64,000 bases of DNA, taken from IMG/VR virus record IMGVR_UViG_3300031994_000035, positions 32,001 to 96,000 of that record. One strand, 5' to 3'. The stretch comes from a virus. Taxonomy: Duplodnaviria > Caudoviricetes. The notes beneath the pieces are model-generated. The model had not been told where the DNA came from. It made no database searches and worked only from the letters and a program-made list of their open reading frames with translations. A program made the translations under genes and the position numbers. Below, one piece after another: positions 15,764 to 26,846 of this stretch (the first letter of the stretch is position 1; each line of letters begins with the position of its first letter).

Positions 15764-17542
15764 ATGTCATCATTTTTTAATAAAGCGAGAATTTCAGCTG
15801 TACAAATAGTCCAGCAGGCTGTTGATAAAGTTTCTGAGCAATATTCTCAGGCAAAACAAGTATTTACAGCAGCCAGTCCGTTTGGTCAAATTCTACTTGT
15901 CATCTCAAATTTATTTGAGATGTTCATGACATACCTTTCTCATGCACTTGAAAACCTTAATATTAAAACTGTACATAGTGTCGAAGGTGTTTATGGACTT
16001 GCAAGCCTTGTAGGACATAACGCATTCAGAGGAGCGTCATCTAAATCAATCATCAACTTATCATTAAATAGTTCGGCTCCTGGAAATGTTAAAGGATCTT
16101 ATGTAAAGATTCCAAACAATGCGGTACTTACAACAAATAATAATTTGAAATTCTTCATACAAAGTCCGCAAGATTTCATAACACTTAAAATGAATTCTTC
16201 AGAAGGTGTGAATGTTACAATAGTTGAAGGTACTATAGAAGAACAAATATTTGTTTCTGATGGTTCAAAGCTACAGAGCTTCGACGTCATTACAAAAAAT
16301 ATGACAGATAATTTTGATGTAAGTGTATTTGTCAATGATGAAGAATGGACTAAAAAAGAATCACTCTATGATATGAATGAAAATGAAGAAGCATTCATAT
16401 TAAAAACAGGTTTATCAGCCGGACTTACTGTATTTTTCGGTAATGGCGACTTTGGTAAAATTCCAGACAGCGGTGCTTCAATTAAGGTAAGATACATATT
16501 GTCGTCAGGTGCTGCAGGAAATGTTGATTTAACTAATTTTGAATTAAAATTTTCAGAACCGGGAATTTCATCTACAGGTGAAGAAGTCGATCTTTCACAA
16601 AATGTTGATATTAAAGTTATTGAAAATGCAAGATTTGGTGCTGACTATGAAGATGTAAATTTTACAAGACTTATTGCACCTAAAACAAGTAAAAGTTTCG
16701 TTCTTGCGACTGCTGAAAACTACAAACAATTTTTGTCAAGATATAACCAATTTTCATTTATAGATGTTCAAGTATCTGATTCTGTATCATATCTTAATGA
16801 CAATAATATCATATATATTACATTACTAAAAGATGTAACTCCTTATTATTCAACAGGATACGACTACTTTACAATACCTGAAGAAAAATTCTTATTAACA
16901 GAATCTGACAAGAAAAACATTATAGACTTATTGAATTATTCTGGTTATGCACTTGTCAATACCAATATAGTAATCAATAACCTTACGATAGAGCATTACA
17001 TTATAAACATTATAATTTCAGCTTTTGAAGACGCTGATAAAAATACCATTCGTACGTCTATCTATGATATTCTAAACAAATATTTCTTAAATGTAAAAAG
17101 ACGAGACCTTGTAGCAAAATCAGACCTAATATCACTTATAGAATCTATCAAAGGTGTAGATACCTGTCAAGTATTCTTTACGTCTGAAAAGAATGAATTT
17201 GCTAAGAAAAACGGTTACTATACAGAAAAAGTATTCATATTCAATAAAGAAAAATCCATCTATGAAATATCAGAAAAAACAATCACTGTCGAACCTGACA
17301 AAATTCCTAATTTACGTTTAGGTTTTGATGACGTCGACAATCTTGTCATCGAGAAAAATACCTTGATGCTTCCAAGAGGTGGTTGGTCTGATTATAATTC
17401 AAATTTCTTTACAGAGACTTATACCCCAGACAAGCTTTCAAACCTAAATATATTCTTTACTGATGATACAAAATCGGATATGTATAATTCAGATATGAAT
17501 AACAAGCTTGAAAAATTATTAAAAACATCTTATAACAAATAA
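15764..17542 (+). CDS. Baseplate wedge protein (T4 gp6-like)
   Basis: LASLVGH, V.FGNG.FGKIP..G..I.V.Y..S.GAAGN, VLAT.ENY. Confidence 0.8.
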   Translation: MSSFFNKARISAVQIVQQAVDKVSEQYSQAKQVFTAASPFGQILLVISNLFEMFMTYLSHALENLNIKTVHSVEGVYGLASLVGHNAFRGASSKSIINLSLNSSAPGNVKGSYVKIPNNAVLTTNNNLKFFIQSPQDFITLKMNSSEGVNVTIVEGTIEEQIFVSDGSKLQSFDVITKNMTDNFDVSVFVNDEEWTKKESLYDMNENEEAFILKTGLSAGLTVFFGNGDFGKIPDSGASIKVRYILSSGAAGNVDLTNFELKFSEPGISSTGEEVDLSQNVDIKVIENARFGADYEDVNFTRLIAPKTSKSFVLATAENYKQFLSRYNQFSFIDVQVSDSVSYLNDNNIIYITLLKDVTPYYSTGYDYFTIPEEKFLLTESDKKNIIDLLNYSGYALVNTNIVINNLTIEHYIINIIISAFEDADKNTIRTSIYDILNKYFLNVKRRDLVAKSDLISLIESIKGVDTCQVFFTSEKNEFAKKNGYYTEKVFIFNKEKSIYEISEKTITVEPDKIPNLRLGFDDVDNLVIEKNTLMLPRGGWSDYNSNFFTETYTPDKLSNLNIFFTDDTKSDMYNSDMNNKLEKLLKTSYNK

Positions 17543-17550
17543 GATTTCAG

Positions 17551-20500
17551 ATGGACAACTATAATTCAAATATTTTTGTAGATAATACAAAATGTGGTAA
17601 TATTGATACAGGATATATAGGTAATCAATATAGAAATTATTCTAATAACCAAACTCTTACAGTTAGATCAGCAGAAGCAACTAGTGATGGTAAGGCAAAC
17701 TATATAAAAATTAATTTAAGTCTATATACACATATTCTTTTTACCTATTATAAACACAGACTTATTCCAGGTCATTTAACATTTAAACATGATTCTGCTA
17801 AAATTTCTGAAAATGAGCCTATACAAAAATTTACTTTTAATGAACTATACGGAAATGAAACATATTGTCCATCTGTAAATTTTCAACCGAGTTATACATC
17901 AGGACTTCATGAATTTGGTTATGATTCATCTAGAACTTATACGTATGTAAATGTAAATAGAGGTCCTTATTATCATAATAATCATTATGGATATTATGCT
18001 CCATTTCTTACATTATTTCATAATTCATTCTTTGATGAACAATTAATACAATCAGAAGATGAAGAAATACCTGTTATTGATACAAGTATTTCTCAAATCA
18101 GGACATTTTCACAAAATAGAAATGATGTAGAAAATAAAAATAATAATTCATATCAAAAAAATGAAATATTTTTATATACTCCACAGGATTTAAAAGATAA
18201 ACATAACTATACAAATATTACAAGATATCCTAGGAAAGATATTCTTGTCAATGGTACATATAAATCATTTTCATTTAATTTAAAAAAATTTACAGAAAAT
18301 ACAATATGGTATGATAATAATCTTTTTATAGAAAATACAAAATGTGATTATAATTCTGAGCGTGACATTTTAGAATATGATGTAACAGATGACATATCAT
18401 ATCTAAACTTATATTCTATATACACACCACACCAATTTATGTGGACGTCTAATAATGCAATGCTCATTGAATCTTCACAATTCTTAAATTTTGCATTTAA
18501 TGACTATGGACAAATATGGTTGCATGATAAGGGTGTAAATGGCCACTCAAAACAATTTGCGGATAATATCTATATAAAAGGCTACAGTAAAAGAGATTAT
18601 TTATGGAGAGAAAGCAGATGGAGTAAAAGCTTCTATAGAACTAAAATATTCGATTATTCAAATGGAAATATTGCTTTGAAAGGAACATCTGACAGAGATG
18701 ATAAATATAATCCATTATGTGTACTTGGATTAAATTTATCAAGAAAGGAATATTATAATAATTCGGGAGATACTGAAGCAGATAGAAGGAACAGATTTCT
18801 AGAATTACTTAAAGATGCATTCAGTAATTCAGCTATTCATGCAAAATATAATTATTCTGATCCATATGGTTGCTTAAATAATTATAGGTTTGCCAAATTA
18901 TTTTGTAATGAACAAGATGACCCTAGAAAAGATTTAGATAAGATAACTTTTTCATTTACACCGCATAATACTTTATATATAGACCCATTTATAAGTAAAA
19001 GATATTGTGAATCAAATTTCTGGACAGGCCGCTTGTCCGTACTCGGTAAAAAGGGATATAACCAATATCATAAAAAGACTTATCAAGCACTTAATATATC
19101 ATCAAAAATCCGTGATAACGAATATCAACCAAATAAATTACTGTATGTTGTAGGACAACGGTCATATGTCAATAATGTTATAAGAGGATATTATTATAAT
19201 GAAAAATTTTGGTACGACCAGGAACATACTCAAGAAATTACAGGAGATAGAAGTAACATATATGTTGATATTGCAAGTCATTTATCTTACCTGTATCTTG
19301 GAAAATTTATTTTAGATGATGGTTATTTTGATAATATCAATGTATACACACATCAAGATAATTTTGTAGAAGGTGGATATTTAAATCCTGTAGTTGCAGG
19401 TGAAGAACTTTTATGTATTAATAATTATAATATTGGATATGATCAAACTGGAAGTAAAGATCATTATAAAAACCTATTCGAAAATAAAATACAAATAGAT
19501 AGTATTATGACAGAAGATGAAGTAACAGGTATTGATGATATTCATCTTAGTTTAATTCCATCAAAAGAATTAAATAACATTGATGAATTTAGACCTTATT
19601 ACAGAATTCTTGTCAATGAATATACAAATCCTGATGACCATGGTTTGATTACTCAAGAATTATATGACTTATTATACAATAGTAATATCTATGATCAAAA
19701 ATGTTATGGAACAAATACATATAAGTATAGATTTACTGATTTTATACCTGATGATATTAAAAAAGACTTTGACATAAAAAGTAATAGAGATACATGGCTA
19801 AGACGAATTCTATCCCAAAATAATTTATATGATAAGTTCAATATAGCTGAAGATTTTATAAAAAGAGATATTCAGGCATTAAACATTTTTTATGACAGGT
19901 CATTTAGCCTATTCAGTAAATTCTTAAAAAAAGACGGAACCGTTGACATGAACAAGGTTATTTCTGATAAAGCCATTAGTACATTAATATCTTTTGATAA
20001 AGATACAAATTCAATTGTTTTTGATAAAAATCTTTCTGTAAAAGGATTTAATGAAACAACTAAAAAACCTGAAACTTATTTAAAAACTCCTGATGATTTT
20101 AAAACGCTTGATGAATGGACTAACTATCATACCAAATATTTTCATTTATTTTTTGCTTCAAATAACCATACAACTGATAGTTCCATTGACACAGTTTCAA
20201 AAACTTATACTCAAACCTCAGTTTTAGATATTCAAAATGTAAATGCAAATAGAGATATTAAAAAATATGACGGTGATACATTACTTGTAACAACTAATTT
20301 ATGGCAAGAAGAACCACATTCATTTCAATCAATGTACTTCTTTCCAGCAAGACTTGATTTTTCATTATACATTAAAACTTCCAAGCCAGTAGCATCTCTT
20401 GAAGATGATACTCCAAAATATCCATTCTATTTCACTAAATTAATATATAGTGATACTTCTGATAACTGGAAAGAGAATGGTTATGGTGGATTCGATATTA

Positions 20501-20838
20501 AAAAACCAGCTTCAAAGTGCGACTATGATGTATATGATTTACGTTATAAAGTACAAGTTAAAACAGATAATGGATATGAAACAATTGCTGAATACAGCAT
20601 TTCACCTTATAAAGAACATACACAACTTAATGGTGATCAATATATGTCAATAGTAGAATATGATAATAAAATTAAAATTACACCTAAACCTTTATTTGTA
20701 TCGAAATATTGTAAAAATGTTCCTATTGAAAATAAATCAGAATTCATTAGGATATTGTTAGTAACAGGGTTTATAGCAACATCTGGTTGTAAAACTGAAA
20801 TCTCTTCTAAGGTTGTTGATAATATCTCTTCTATATAA
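17551..20838 (+). CDS. Large N/Y-rich hypothetical protein, possibly virion/baseplate associated
   Basis: 1095-aa ORF following the baseplate gene. Confidence 0.55.
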   Translation: MDNYNSNIFVDNTKCGNIDTGYIGNQYRNYSNNQTLTVRSAEATSDGKANYIKINLSLYTHILFTYYKHRLIPGHLTFKHDSAKISENEPIQKFTFNELYGNETYCPSVNFQPSYTSGLHEFGYDSSRTYTYVNVNRGPYYHNNHYGYYAPFLTLFHNSFFDEQLIQSEDEEIPVIDTSISQIRTFSQNRNDVENKNNNSYQKNEIFLYTPQDLKDKHNYTNITRYPRKDILVNGTYKSFSFNLKKFTENTIWYDNNLFIENTKCDYNSERDILEYDVTDDISYLNLYSIYTPHQFMWTSNNAMLIESSQFLNFAFNDYGQIWLHDKGVNGHSKQFADNIYIKGYSKRDYLWRESRWSKSFYRTKIFDYSNGNIALKGTSDRDDKYNPLCVLGLNLSRKEYYNNSGDTEADRRNRFLELLKDAFSNSAIHAKYNYSDPYGCLNNYRFAKLFCNEQDDPRKDLDKITFSFTPHNTLYIDPFISKRYCESNFWTGRLSVLGKKGYNQYHKKTYQALNISSKIRDNEYQPNKLLYVVGQRSYVNNVIRGYYYNEKFWYDQEHTQEITGDRSNIYVDIASHLSYLYLGKFILDDGYFDNINVYTHQDNFVEGGYLNPVVAGEELLCINNYNIGYDQTGSKDHYKNLFENKIQIDSIMTEDEVTGIDDIHLSLIPSKELNNIDEFRPYYRILVNEYTNPDDHGLITQELYDLLYNSNIYDQKCYGTNTYKYRFTDFIPDDIKKDFDIKSNRDTWLRRILSQNNLYDKFNIAEDFIKRDIQALNIFYDRSFSLFSKFLKKDGTVDMNKVISDKAISTLISFDKDTNSIVFDKNLSVKGFNETTKKPETYLKTPDDFKTLDEWTNYHTKYFHLFFASNNHTTDSSIDTVSKTYTQTSVLDIQNVNANRDIKKYDGDTLLVTTNLWQEEPHSFQSMYFFPARLDFSLYIKTSKPVASLEDDTPKYPFYFTKLIYSDTSDNWKENGYGGFDIKKPASKCDYDVYDLRYKVQVKTDNGYETIAEYSISPYKEHTQLNGDQYMSIVEYDNKIKITPKPLFVSKYCKNVPIENKSEFIRILLVTGFIATSGCKTEISSKVVDNISSI

Positions 20839-20895
20839 CTATCTATTTAAGATTTTATTGTTTATTATTTTATTATAATTTAAAAGTTTAATGAT

Positions 20896-21756
20896 ATGAA
20901 TAAATTTATTGAATTAAAGTCAGTAAATGTAAAGAACCTGACTAAACTGTTTCAAAATTCCTCAATTTTTAAAAAGAATCAATTATCATTTTACATTGAT
21001 TCAACCCAAGAAAATGACATTTACAAGTCATTTGCTGTAAATGATTCAAAAACAATGATTAAGTACATTGAATCAGACCTTAAAGAATATTGTGAATCAA
21101 TTGAGAAAAACTTTGAAGGACGTTCAACATCTATTTTTTCTTCATCAGAAAAGATAATGAACATCCTGAAAAATCTTGGTACAGCAACTTGTGACATCAA
21201 GATTATATTTGCTGAATCAGAAAAGTATGGTAACCTTTCAAAGATGATTAAAATTTCTAATCAGTATTTTGAAGTTAACCTGCCTGCAATGTCTGAAATT
21301 GTTTGTGATACAGTATCTGATAATTTATATTACGATGATAAATTAAGAGACAGATTCAGTTCAGCAAAAATTGCATATTCATTCAAAATCAGCGACATCA
21401 AACAAATTCTGTCTTGTATGTCAATTGATGACGCAAATACTAAATTCTATATGTACAATAATGAAGGTACAGCATATTTTTCAGAATTACCTTCAGATTC
21501 AGAAGCAGTTGTTACAAATGTAGATGAGCTTACAGCTCTTGACAATATCTACAAATATACACTTTCACCTGTTGAAAATCAATCATTAGACAAGATCTTC
21601 AATGCAGTAAGTAAGGATTTATTCAAAAACGTAAATTCAAACATAACATACTCTGCGGATGTTATAGAAATTAATAAATCCGTTTACTCGCTTCGTCTAA
21701 TCTCTGATCCGGACATTTGTTCTGAAATGTATATTGTATCAACTCTAAAACTATAG
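20896..21756 (+). CDS. Probable sliding clamp (gp45-like)
   Basis: Size and position directly before the DNA polymerase; clamp loader in window; weak sequence support. Confidence 0.4.
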   Translation: MNKFIELKSVNVKNLTKLFQNSSIFKKNQLSFYIDSTQENDIYKSFAVNDSKTMIKYIESDLKEYCESIEKNFEGRSTSIFSSSEKIMNILKNLGTATCDIKIIFAESEKYGNLSKMIKISNQYFEVNLPAMSEIVCDTVSDNLYYDDKLRDRFSSAKIAYSFKISDIKQILSCMSIDDANTKFYMYNNEGTAYFSELPSDSEAVVTNVDELTALDNIYKYTLSPVENQSLDKIFNAVSKDLFKNVNSNITYSADVIEINKSVYSLRLISDPDICSEMYIVSTLKL

Positions 21757-21762
21757 TATTAT

Positions 21763-24627
21763 ATGCTCGTTGACATTGTTTATAATGAGACTCCAAATAA
21801 TCATTATTTGGAGGTCTCATATTGGAATAATAAAGGTTTTGTTGAAAAAATTCAAAAAAGAATTTCAGATGATGATATTTTTGATTGGGTTATTTCAGAA
21901 AAACCTACTAAAAAATTTAACTACTTAAACAAGTATGTAAAGCCAAAATATAAAAAGTATCTACGAGACCTTTCAAAATATAGAGTACAAGAACTTATTG
22001 AACAATATTTTGATAAAGAGCTTGACCTAATTTATTCAAGTCAGCAGCCACAATTCACATTTTTTGATATTGAAATAGAAGTACCTGATAATTCAATTTC
22101 ATTGGATGACATTATTGCTCAGGCTGACAATGCAATAACACTTATTTCATTTGTTACAAATAAAAAATTGTTTGTACTTGGATGGAAGAAAATGCCTGAC
22201 GAAGACATAGAATTTGTAAAAGAATCCATTGACAAACATCTTGAACTTTCTAAAATTCAGGATAGATATGAATTCAAATACAAATGCTTTGATTCTGAAG
22301 AAGATATGCTTACATTCTTTGTGAACAAAGTTGTAAAACGTACAGGTATTTTTTGTGGATGGAATTCAGAAGGATTTGACTGGCCTTACATATGCTATAG
22401 ATGTCGAAAACTTGGAATTACAGATATAGCAAAAGCATACTTTCCAAAATCAAGAACTTCTGAACGTCCAAAGGGTGTAAGACTTGATCACGTAATTCAT
22501 TTCGATTATCTTACTGCTTTCCAAACTTGGTCTAAGTATTTGACTGATAATATGAAACTTGATACAGTCGGTGAAGTTGTCGCAGGTGTGAGAAAAATCC
22601 AACATGAAGAAGATTTGCAGACAATGTACCTTGAACATTATAAAGAGTACGTTCTCTATAATGCTATAGATAGTGTAGTTGTACAGCAAATTCATAATGT
22701 GACAAAGGCTTTAAGTTCCGGACTTTTGACAACATCGCTTACTCACTCACGAGCATCCGATTGTGCTCATCGTTCAACACTTGTCGCAGACATTCTTAGA
22801 AAGGGATATTCTGAAGAAGGAAAGGTATTGAATGCTGATTATGTAAGTCCTAAAAAAGATAGGTCATATAGTGGAGCATTTTTCAAAAAACCTGTTGTTG
22901 GGAAACATTTTGACAATATGGCCTGTGACTTTGCCTCTCTGTACCCTTCAATTATGCGTGAATTCAATATTTCACCAGAAACACATTTAAGACAAGAAGC
23001 TCCAGGTTCATTCAAGGAAATTATACCTGGCGAAATACGTTGTGCCTCAGGTGCAGTATATTCTAAAAAAGAAGGTGTATTGCCTCGTATTCTTACAAAG
23101 CTTTACAATGACCGTAAGTCATTTAAAAAGATTATGATGAAGTATAAACAAGAATATGAGGACGGACGAGAACTTATGTTATCAAATGCGTCTTTATCTG
23201 AACTCTTGGATTATTATAACAGTCATAACGAGAATAAGAAGGAGTCTATAACAAAAGATGAATTTGAAGATTATTTAACAAGGACATACAGACTTCAGAA
23301 ATCAAATAATGAGCTTCAAAATGCAGCCAAAACAATTATTAACGCTTCATATGGTGCTTTTGGATTCGAGACTTTCAGATTTTTCAATCTTGATATTGCT
23401 GAATCAATTACTACACAAGGTAAGGACGCAATTCTATGGACTGAGAAAAATTTGAATGAGTTGTTTAAGAAACATTGGCTTGAACAAACTGACGCTCATA
23501 GAAAAATGAACATTGTTGCAAGACATAATGTTATGAATGATTCTTCAGTATATATCGCAACCGATAGTATCTATGCCTCAGTACGTGAAGTAATAGAATC
23601 AACTGACTGGAATGAACATAAAGTTTGGCGAATTATAACAGATGATAAGAAACATTATTTCTGTTCAGCAAATAATTTGGACACTGAAGAACAGGCTCTT
23701 GAATTTTTCAAAAATGTCCGTAATGTGGATATTAATAATGCAAAAATAGACCTGATAGATCCTGACGGATGCTCATTCGCTATGACGCTTTATGACGTTC
23801 TTTTGAAGCAGTTCTATGCAAACTTATTCGAAGACTATGCTAAGCGATACAATGGTAACGGTAATATTTTGAATTTCGAATTTGAATCATATTCAAAAAC
23901 TGGTATTTGGCTTGCAAAGAACAGATATGTTCAAGATATTCGTTGGTCTGATCCAAATATTTACTACAAGCCATTTACTAAAATCAAAGCAACTGGCCTT
24001 GAAGATATTAAGTCAACTTATACGAAATTCCTAAGAAAAATGATTGCTGATACTGAATTGTTTTTATTACAGAATGAAAAACTTTCAGAAGAAGAGGTTG
24101 CTGAATTCCTTAGAAAAATGAAAAATATCTTTATGACTGCAAAGATTGCAGATATTTGTTCACTTCAGACAATCCATACATATAAAAGATATTGCATACA
24201 GGACTTCGGTAAAGCCATCATTCGTTCAAAAGCCCCTATGACAGTAAAAGGTGCCGTTCTATGGAATTATATTGTCAATAGCAATCCAAAGCTAAAGAAA
24301 AAATATAATTTGATAGGTGACGGTTCAAAAGTACGATTGGCTCTTGTAACATCTCCAATTATCAACTTCACAGTTATTAAAAATACTGAAGATACTGATG
24401 ATGGTATAATGGATGATGATTTTACAGGAGACAATATGGAATCACAAGTCATTGCATTTAGCCAAGATGATGAAGTCAATGATAGACTGATTTCAGATAT
24501 GAAAATAAAAATAGATAAGGTACAAATGTTTGAAAAACTATACCTGCAACCTGTAAACAGGCTTTTGGAGGCTTGTAAAATTAGAACATTTGATGCTTCG
24601 CTTTCTTACTCAATTTCATTATTCTAA
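21763..24627 (+). CDS. Family B DNA polymerase (T4 gp43-like)
   Basis: ExoI DIE, ExoII GWNSEGFD, ExoIII YNAID, DFASLYPS, KTIINASYG, YIATDS. Confidence 0.95.
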   Translation: MLVDIVYNETPNNHYLEVSYWNNKGFVEKIQKRISDDDIFDWVISEKPTKKFNYLNKYVKPKYKKYLRDLSKYRVQELIEQYFDKELDLIYSSQQPQFTFFDIEIEVPDNSISLDDIIAQADNAITLISFVTNKKLFVLGWKKMPDEDIEFVKESIDKHLELSKIQDRYEFKYKCFDSEEDMLTFFVNKVVKRTGIFCGWNSEGFDWPYICYRCRKLGITDIAKAYFPKSRTSERPKGVRLDHVIHFDYLTAFQTWSKYLTDNMKLDTVGEVVAGVRKIQHEEDLQTMYLEHYKEYVLYNAIDSVVVQQIHNVTKALSSGLLTTSLTHSRASDCAHRSTLVADILRKGYSEEGKVLNADYVSPKKDRSYSGAFFKKPVVGKHFDNMACDFASLYPSIMREFNISPETHLRQEAPGSFKEIIPGEIRCASGAVYSKKEGVLPRILTKLYNDRKSFKKIMMKYKQEYEDGRELMLSNASLSELLDYYNSHNENKKESITKDEFEDYLTRTYRLQKSNNELQNAAKTIINASYGAFGFETFRFFNLDIAESITTQGKDAILWTEKNLNELFKKHWLEQTDAHRKMNIVARHNVMNDSSVYIATDSIYASVREVIESTDWNEHKVWRIITDDKKHYFCSANNLDTEEQALEFFKNVRNVDINNAKIDLIDPDGCSFAMTLYDVLLKQFYANLFEDYAKRYNGNGNILNFEFESYSKTGIWLAKNRYVQDIRWSDPNIYYKPFTKIKATGLEDIKSTYTKFLRKMIADTELFLLQNEKLSEEEVAEFLRKMKNIFMTAKIADICSLQTIHTYKRYCIQDFGKAIIRSKAPMTVKGAVLWNYIVNSNPKLKKKYNLIGDGSKVRLALVTSPIINFTVIKNTEDTDDGIMDDDFTGDNMESQVIAFSQDDEVNDRLISDMKIKIDKVQMFEKLYLQPVNRLLEACKIRTFDASLSYSISLF

Positions 24628-24629
24628 TC

Positions 24630-25430
24630 ATGAGAGCAGTTTGTTTTTGGTATATAAATGATAGGGTTACTGATGAGTTTTTTGAAATGGAAAACCTTCA
24701 TTTTGAAAAAATTAAACAGTATAACATCAAGCAATATTTTGATAAAATAGATGTACACATATCTATTAATCCTAAATTTCATTATGCCGAACATACTGAA
24801 TTCTTTGATAAGGCTGTAAGAAAACTGCAATCTTGTCTTGGAAAAAATATTAATATAGTGGCATCCGAAAACTCTCCAAAATATGGGGAGTTTTTATGCT
24901 ACTATGATATGGTATTTAAAACTCTGAAAGATGAAATTGAACCTATATTTTATTTTCATTTCAAAGGAGTTAAAAAGTTTGACCCTGTTTTTATACAATC
25001 AAGGACAAAATGGATTAATGTCCTCTATGACAAATGTTTTTCAGAAAATATTCTTAACCATATAGGTGAATACTCTATGTCAGGTGCTCATTTTGAACCA
25101 TGTTCTAGAAGCTGGTTTGAAAAATGGCTTTGGCTTGGAACATTTGAAAAATATAAAAAATCATATCCATTCTTAAAAAATCTTCAATCTACAAATTGCG
25201 GTTATCTCGACGGATCATTTCAATGGATAAATCCGATAAAGCTCAAAGAATATCTTTTTGAAAAGGGTGTTTCAATAGATGATTTGTTTTCAATTGAATT
25301 TTCAGACAATGCAAGAATAAGATACACTCATTTTTCAGAATATTTTCTATGTAGTATTTTAGATAAATCTGAAATCAATGCTGAAGAATTTGTAAGAACC
25401 TACTTACAAAATAAATTACTCAATAAATGA
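24630..25430 (+). CDS. Hypothetical protein, possible glycosyltransferase-like domain
   Basis: GE..FYFHFKG..G.F.W..H.SE pattern shared with the N-terminal part of 39979-42075. Confidence 0.45.
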   Translation: MRAVCFWYINDRVTDEFFEMENLHFEKIKQYNIKQYFDKIDVHISINPKFHYAEHTEFFDKAVRKLQSCLGKNINIVASENSPKYGEFLCYYDMVFKTLKDEIEPIFYFHFKGVKKFDPVFIQSRTKWINVLYDKCFSENILNHIGEYSMSGAHFEPCSRSWFEKWLWLGTFEKYKKSYPFLKNLQSTNCGYLDGSFQWINPIKLKEYLFEKGVSIDDLFSIEFSDNARIRYTHFSEYFLCSILDKSEINAEEFVRTYLQNKLLNK

Positions 25431-26176
25431 ACGGAATAAATCTATATAATACCGACTGTTTCAACATTTTATCACAGCTTGAAAATAACAATACAAAACT
25501 TGACTGTATAATTTGTGATTTACCATATTATAATGTAGTCGAAAGTGAATTTGACAATCAATGGAAATCAAATGATGAATATATAGAATGGCTTTGTACA
25601 TTCGTTGAAAAATGTTATTCTGTACTTAAAGAAGGTGGGAATATAATATTATTTTGTTCAAGACAAAATATGTGGAGAATTTCAGCTATGATGTATAATT
25701 CAGGCTTTACTGAAAACAGAACAATAATTTGGGCACGTAAAAGAGGTTTTAACAGTACAAGAGGTAAGTCATTAACAAGCGGATATGAACCAATTTTATT
25801 TTGGTCAAAGGGTAAATCATTGACATTCAATCAGATAAAATTAAAAATAAATTCAAAAAGAAAAGAATATACAAAGGGTTTTCTAAAAGACGGTGTAAAT
25901 CTTACTGATGTTTGGACAGATATTCCTGCACTACCTCATAATTCAAAGGAAAAAACAAATCATCCGACTCAGAAACCTTTGAAACTGATGGAACGAATAG
26001 TAAGCCTTTTTACAAACAAAGATGATTTAGTGGCTGACTTCTTTATGGGATCAGGTACGACAGGTGAAGCCTGCGTAAACTTGAAACGAAGATTTATAGG
26101 TGTTGAAATAAACAAAGAATTTTTTGAAACAGCTCAGGAAAGAATCCAGAAAAACTTGTTTGCATATGGTATCTAA
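25427..26176 (+). CDS. DNA N6-adenine/N4-cytosine methyltransferase (beta class)
   Basis: DLPY, HPTQKP, DFFMGSGTT. Confidence 0.92.
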   Translation: MNGINLYNTDCFNILSQLENNNTKLDCIICDLPYYNVVESEFDNQWKSNDEYIEWLCTFVEKCYSVLKEGGNIILFCSRQNMWRISAMMYNSGFTENRTIIWARKRGFNSTRGKSLTSGYEPILFWSKGKSLTFNQIKLKINSKRKEYTKGFLKDGVNLTDVWTDIPALPHNSKEKTNHPTQKPLKLMERIVSLFTNKDDLVADFFMGSGTTGEACVNLKRRFIGVEINKEFFETAQERIQKNLFAYGI

Positions 26177-26220
26177 ATCAAAATTTTTATAATTTTTTAT
26201 CTTATAGGTAAAAATAATTC

Positions 26221-26272
26221 AAAATTTTGATCCAACTTTCAAAATGTCATATTATATTTACATCAACAAATT
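26221..26272 (+). promoter_or_regulatory. Repeated early-type phage promoter
   Basis: Copy of 4292 motif. Confidence 0.7.
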
Positions 26273-26299
26273 AATATTAGCGTTTAAAATTAAATTATT

Positions 26300-26842
26300 A
26301 TGACACAAGAAGAAAAATTATTATTAATAGATTTGTCATCAAGAGTACAATATAACGTGTTGGTTGAACAAACATGGTTTCCTACATACCTTGCAGGTAA
26401 AGTACAATGCTTAAAGTCAATACAAAATAATAATACAGTTACGCTATGCTGGCGTTTTGACAATGAATTTGTTCCTATACATGAAATTAAGCCATACTTG
26501 CGTTCAATGTCAAGTATGGCTAATGAAGAGGTGAAAGATTTAATAAAAGTAAAAATTTTATCTAAATATGGTAAAGTAGGTGATTATTTTGGTTTTAATA
26601 ACATAAAGTCAATTAAGAATATTCACTTCAGTTCAAGATACAATGAGTGGTTTTGTGATGTTACGTTTAACACGATTGAGGATAAATTTACCACTTGTTT
26701 TTCAGTAGGCAGAGTTACTTGGGAAACCACAATTGCAGAAATTGATTGGCTCAACGCTCATCACTTTGATTATCGTGGACTTATTGAGAAAGGTCTTGCA
26801 TTGGAAGCAAAAGAAAAAATGTATAAACAATTAAATAATTAA
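26300..26842 (+). CDS. Paralog family A (MTQEEK...KPYLR...HFDYRGLIEKGLA)
   Basis: Conserved termini shared with 36690 and 37076. Confidence 0.8.
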   Translation: MTQEEKLLLIDLSSRVQYNVLVEQTWFPTYLAGKVQCLKSIQNNNTVTLCWRFDNEFVPIHEIKPYLRSMSSMANEEVKDLIKVKILSKYGKVGDYFGFNNIKSIKNIHFSSRYNEWFCDVTFNTIEDKFTTCFSVGRVTWETTIAEIDWLNAHHFDYRGLIEKGLALEAKEKMYKQLNN

Positions 26843-26846
26843 AACT

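Noticed and set aside
21763-24627. Intein in the DNA polymerase
   Set aside because: No C/S...HN-C/S/T splice junctions or LAGLIDADG blocks; the length is explained by short insertions.
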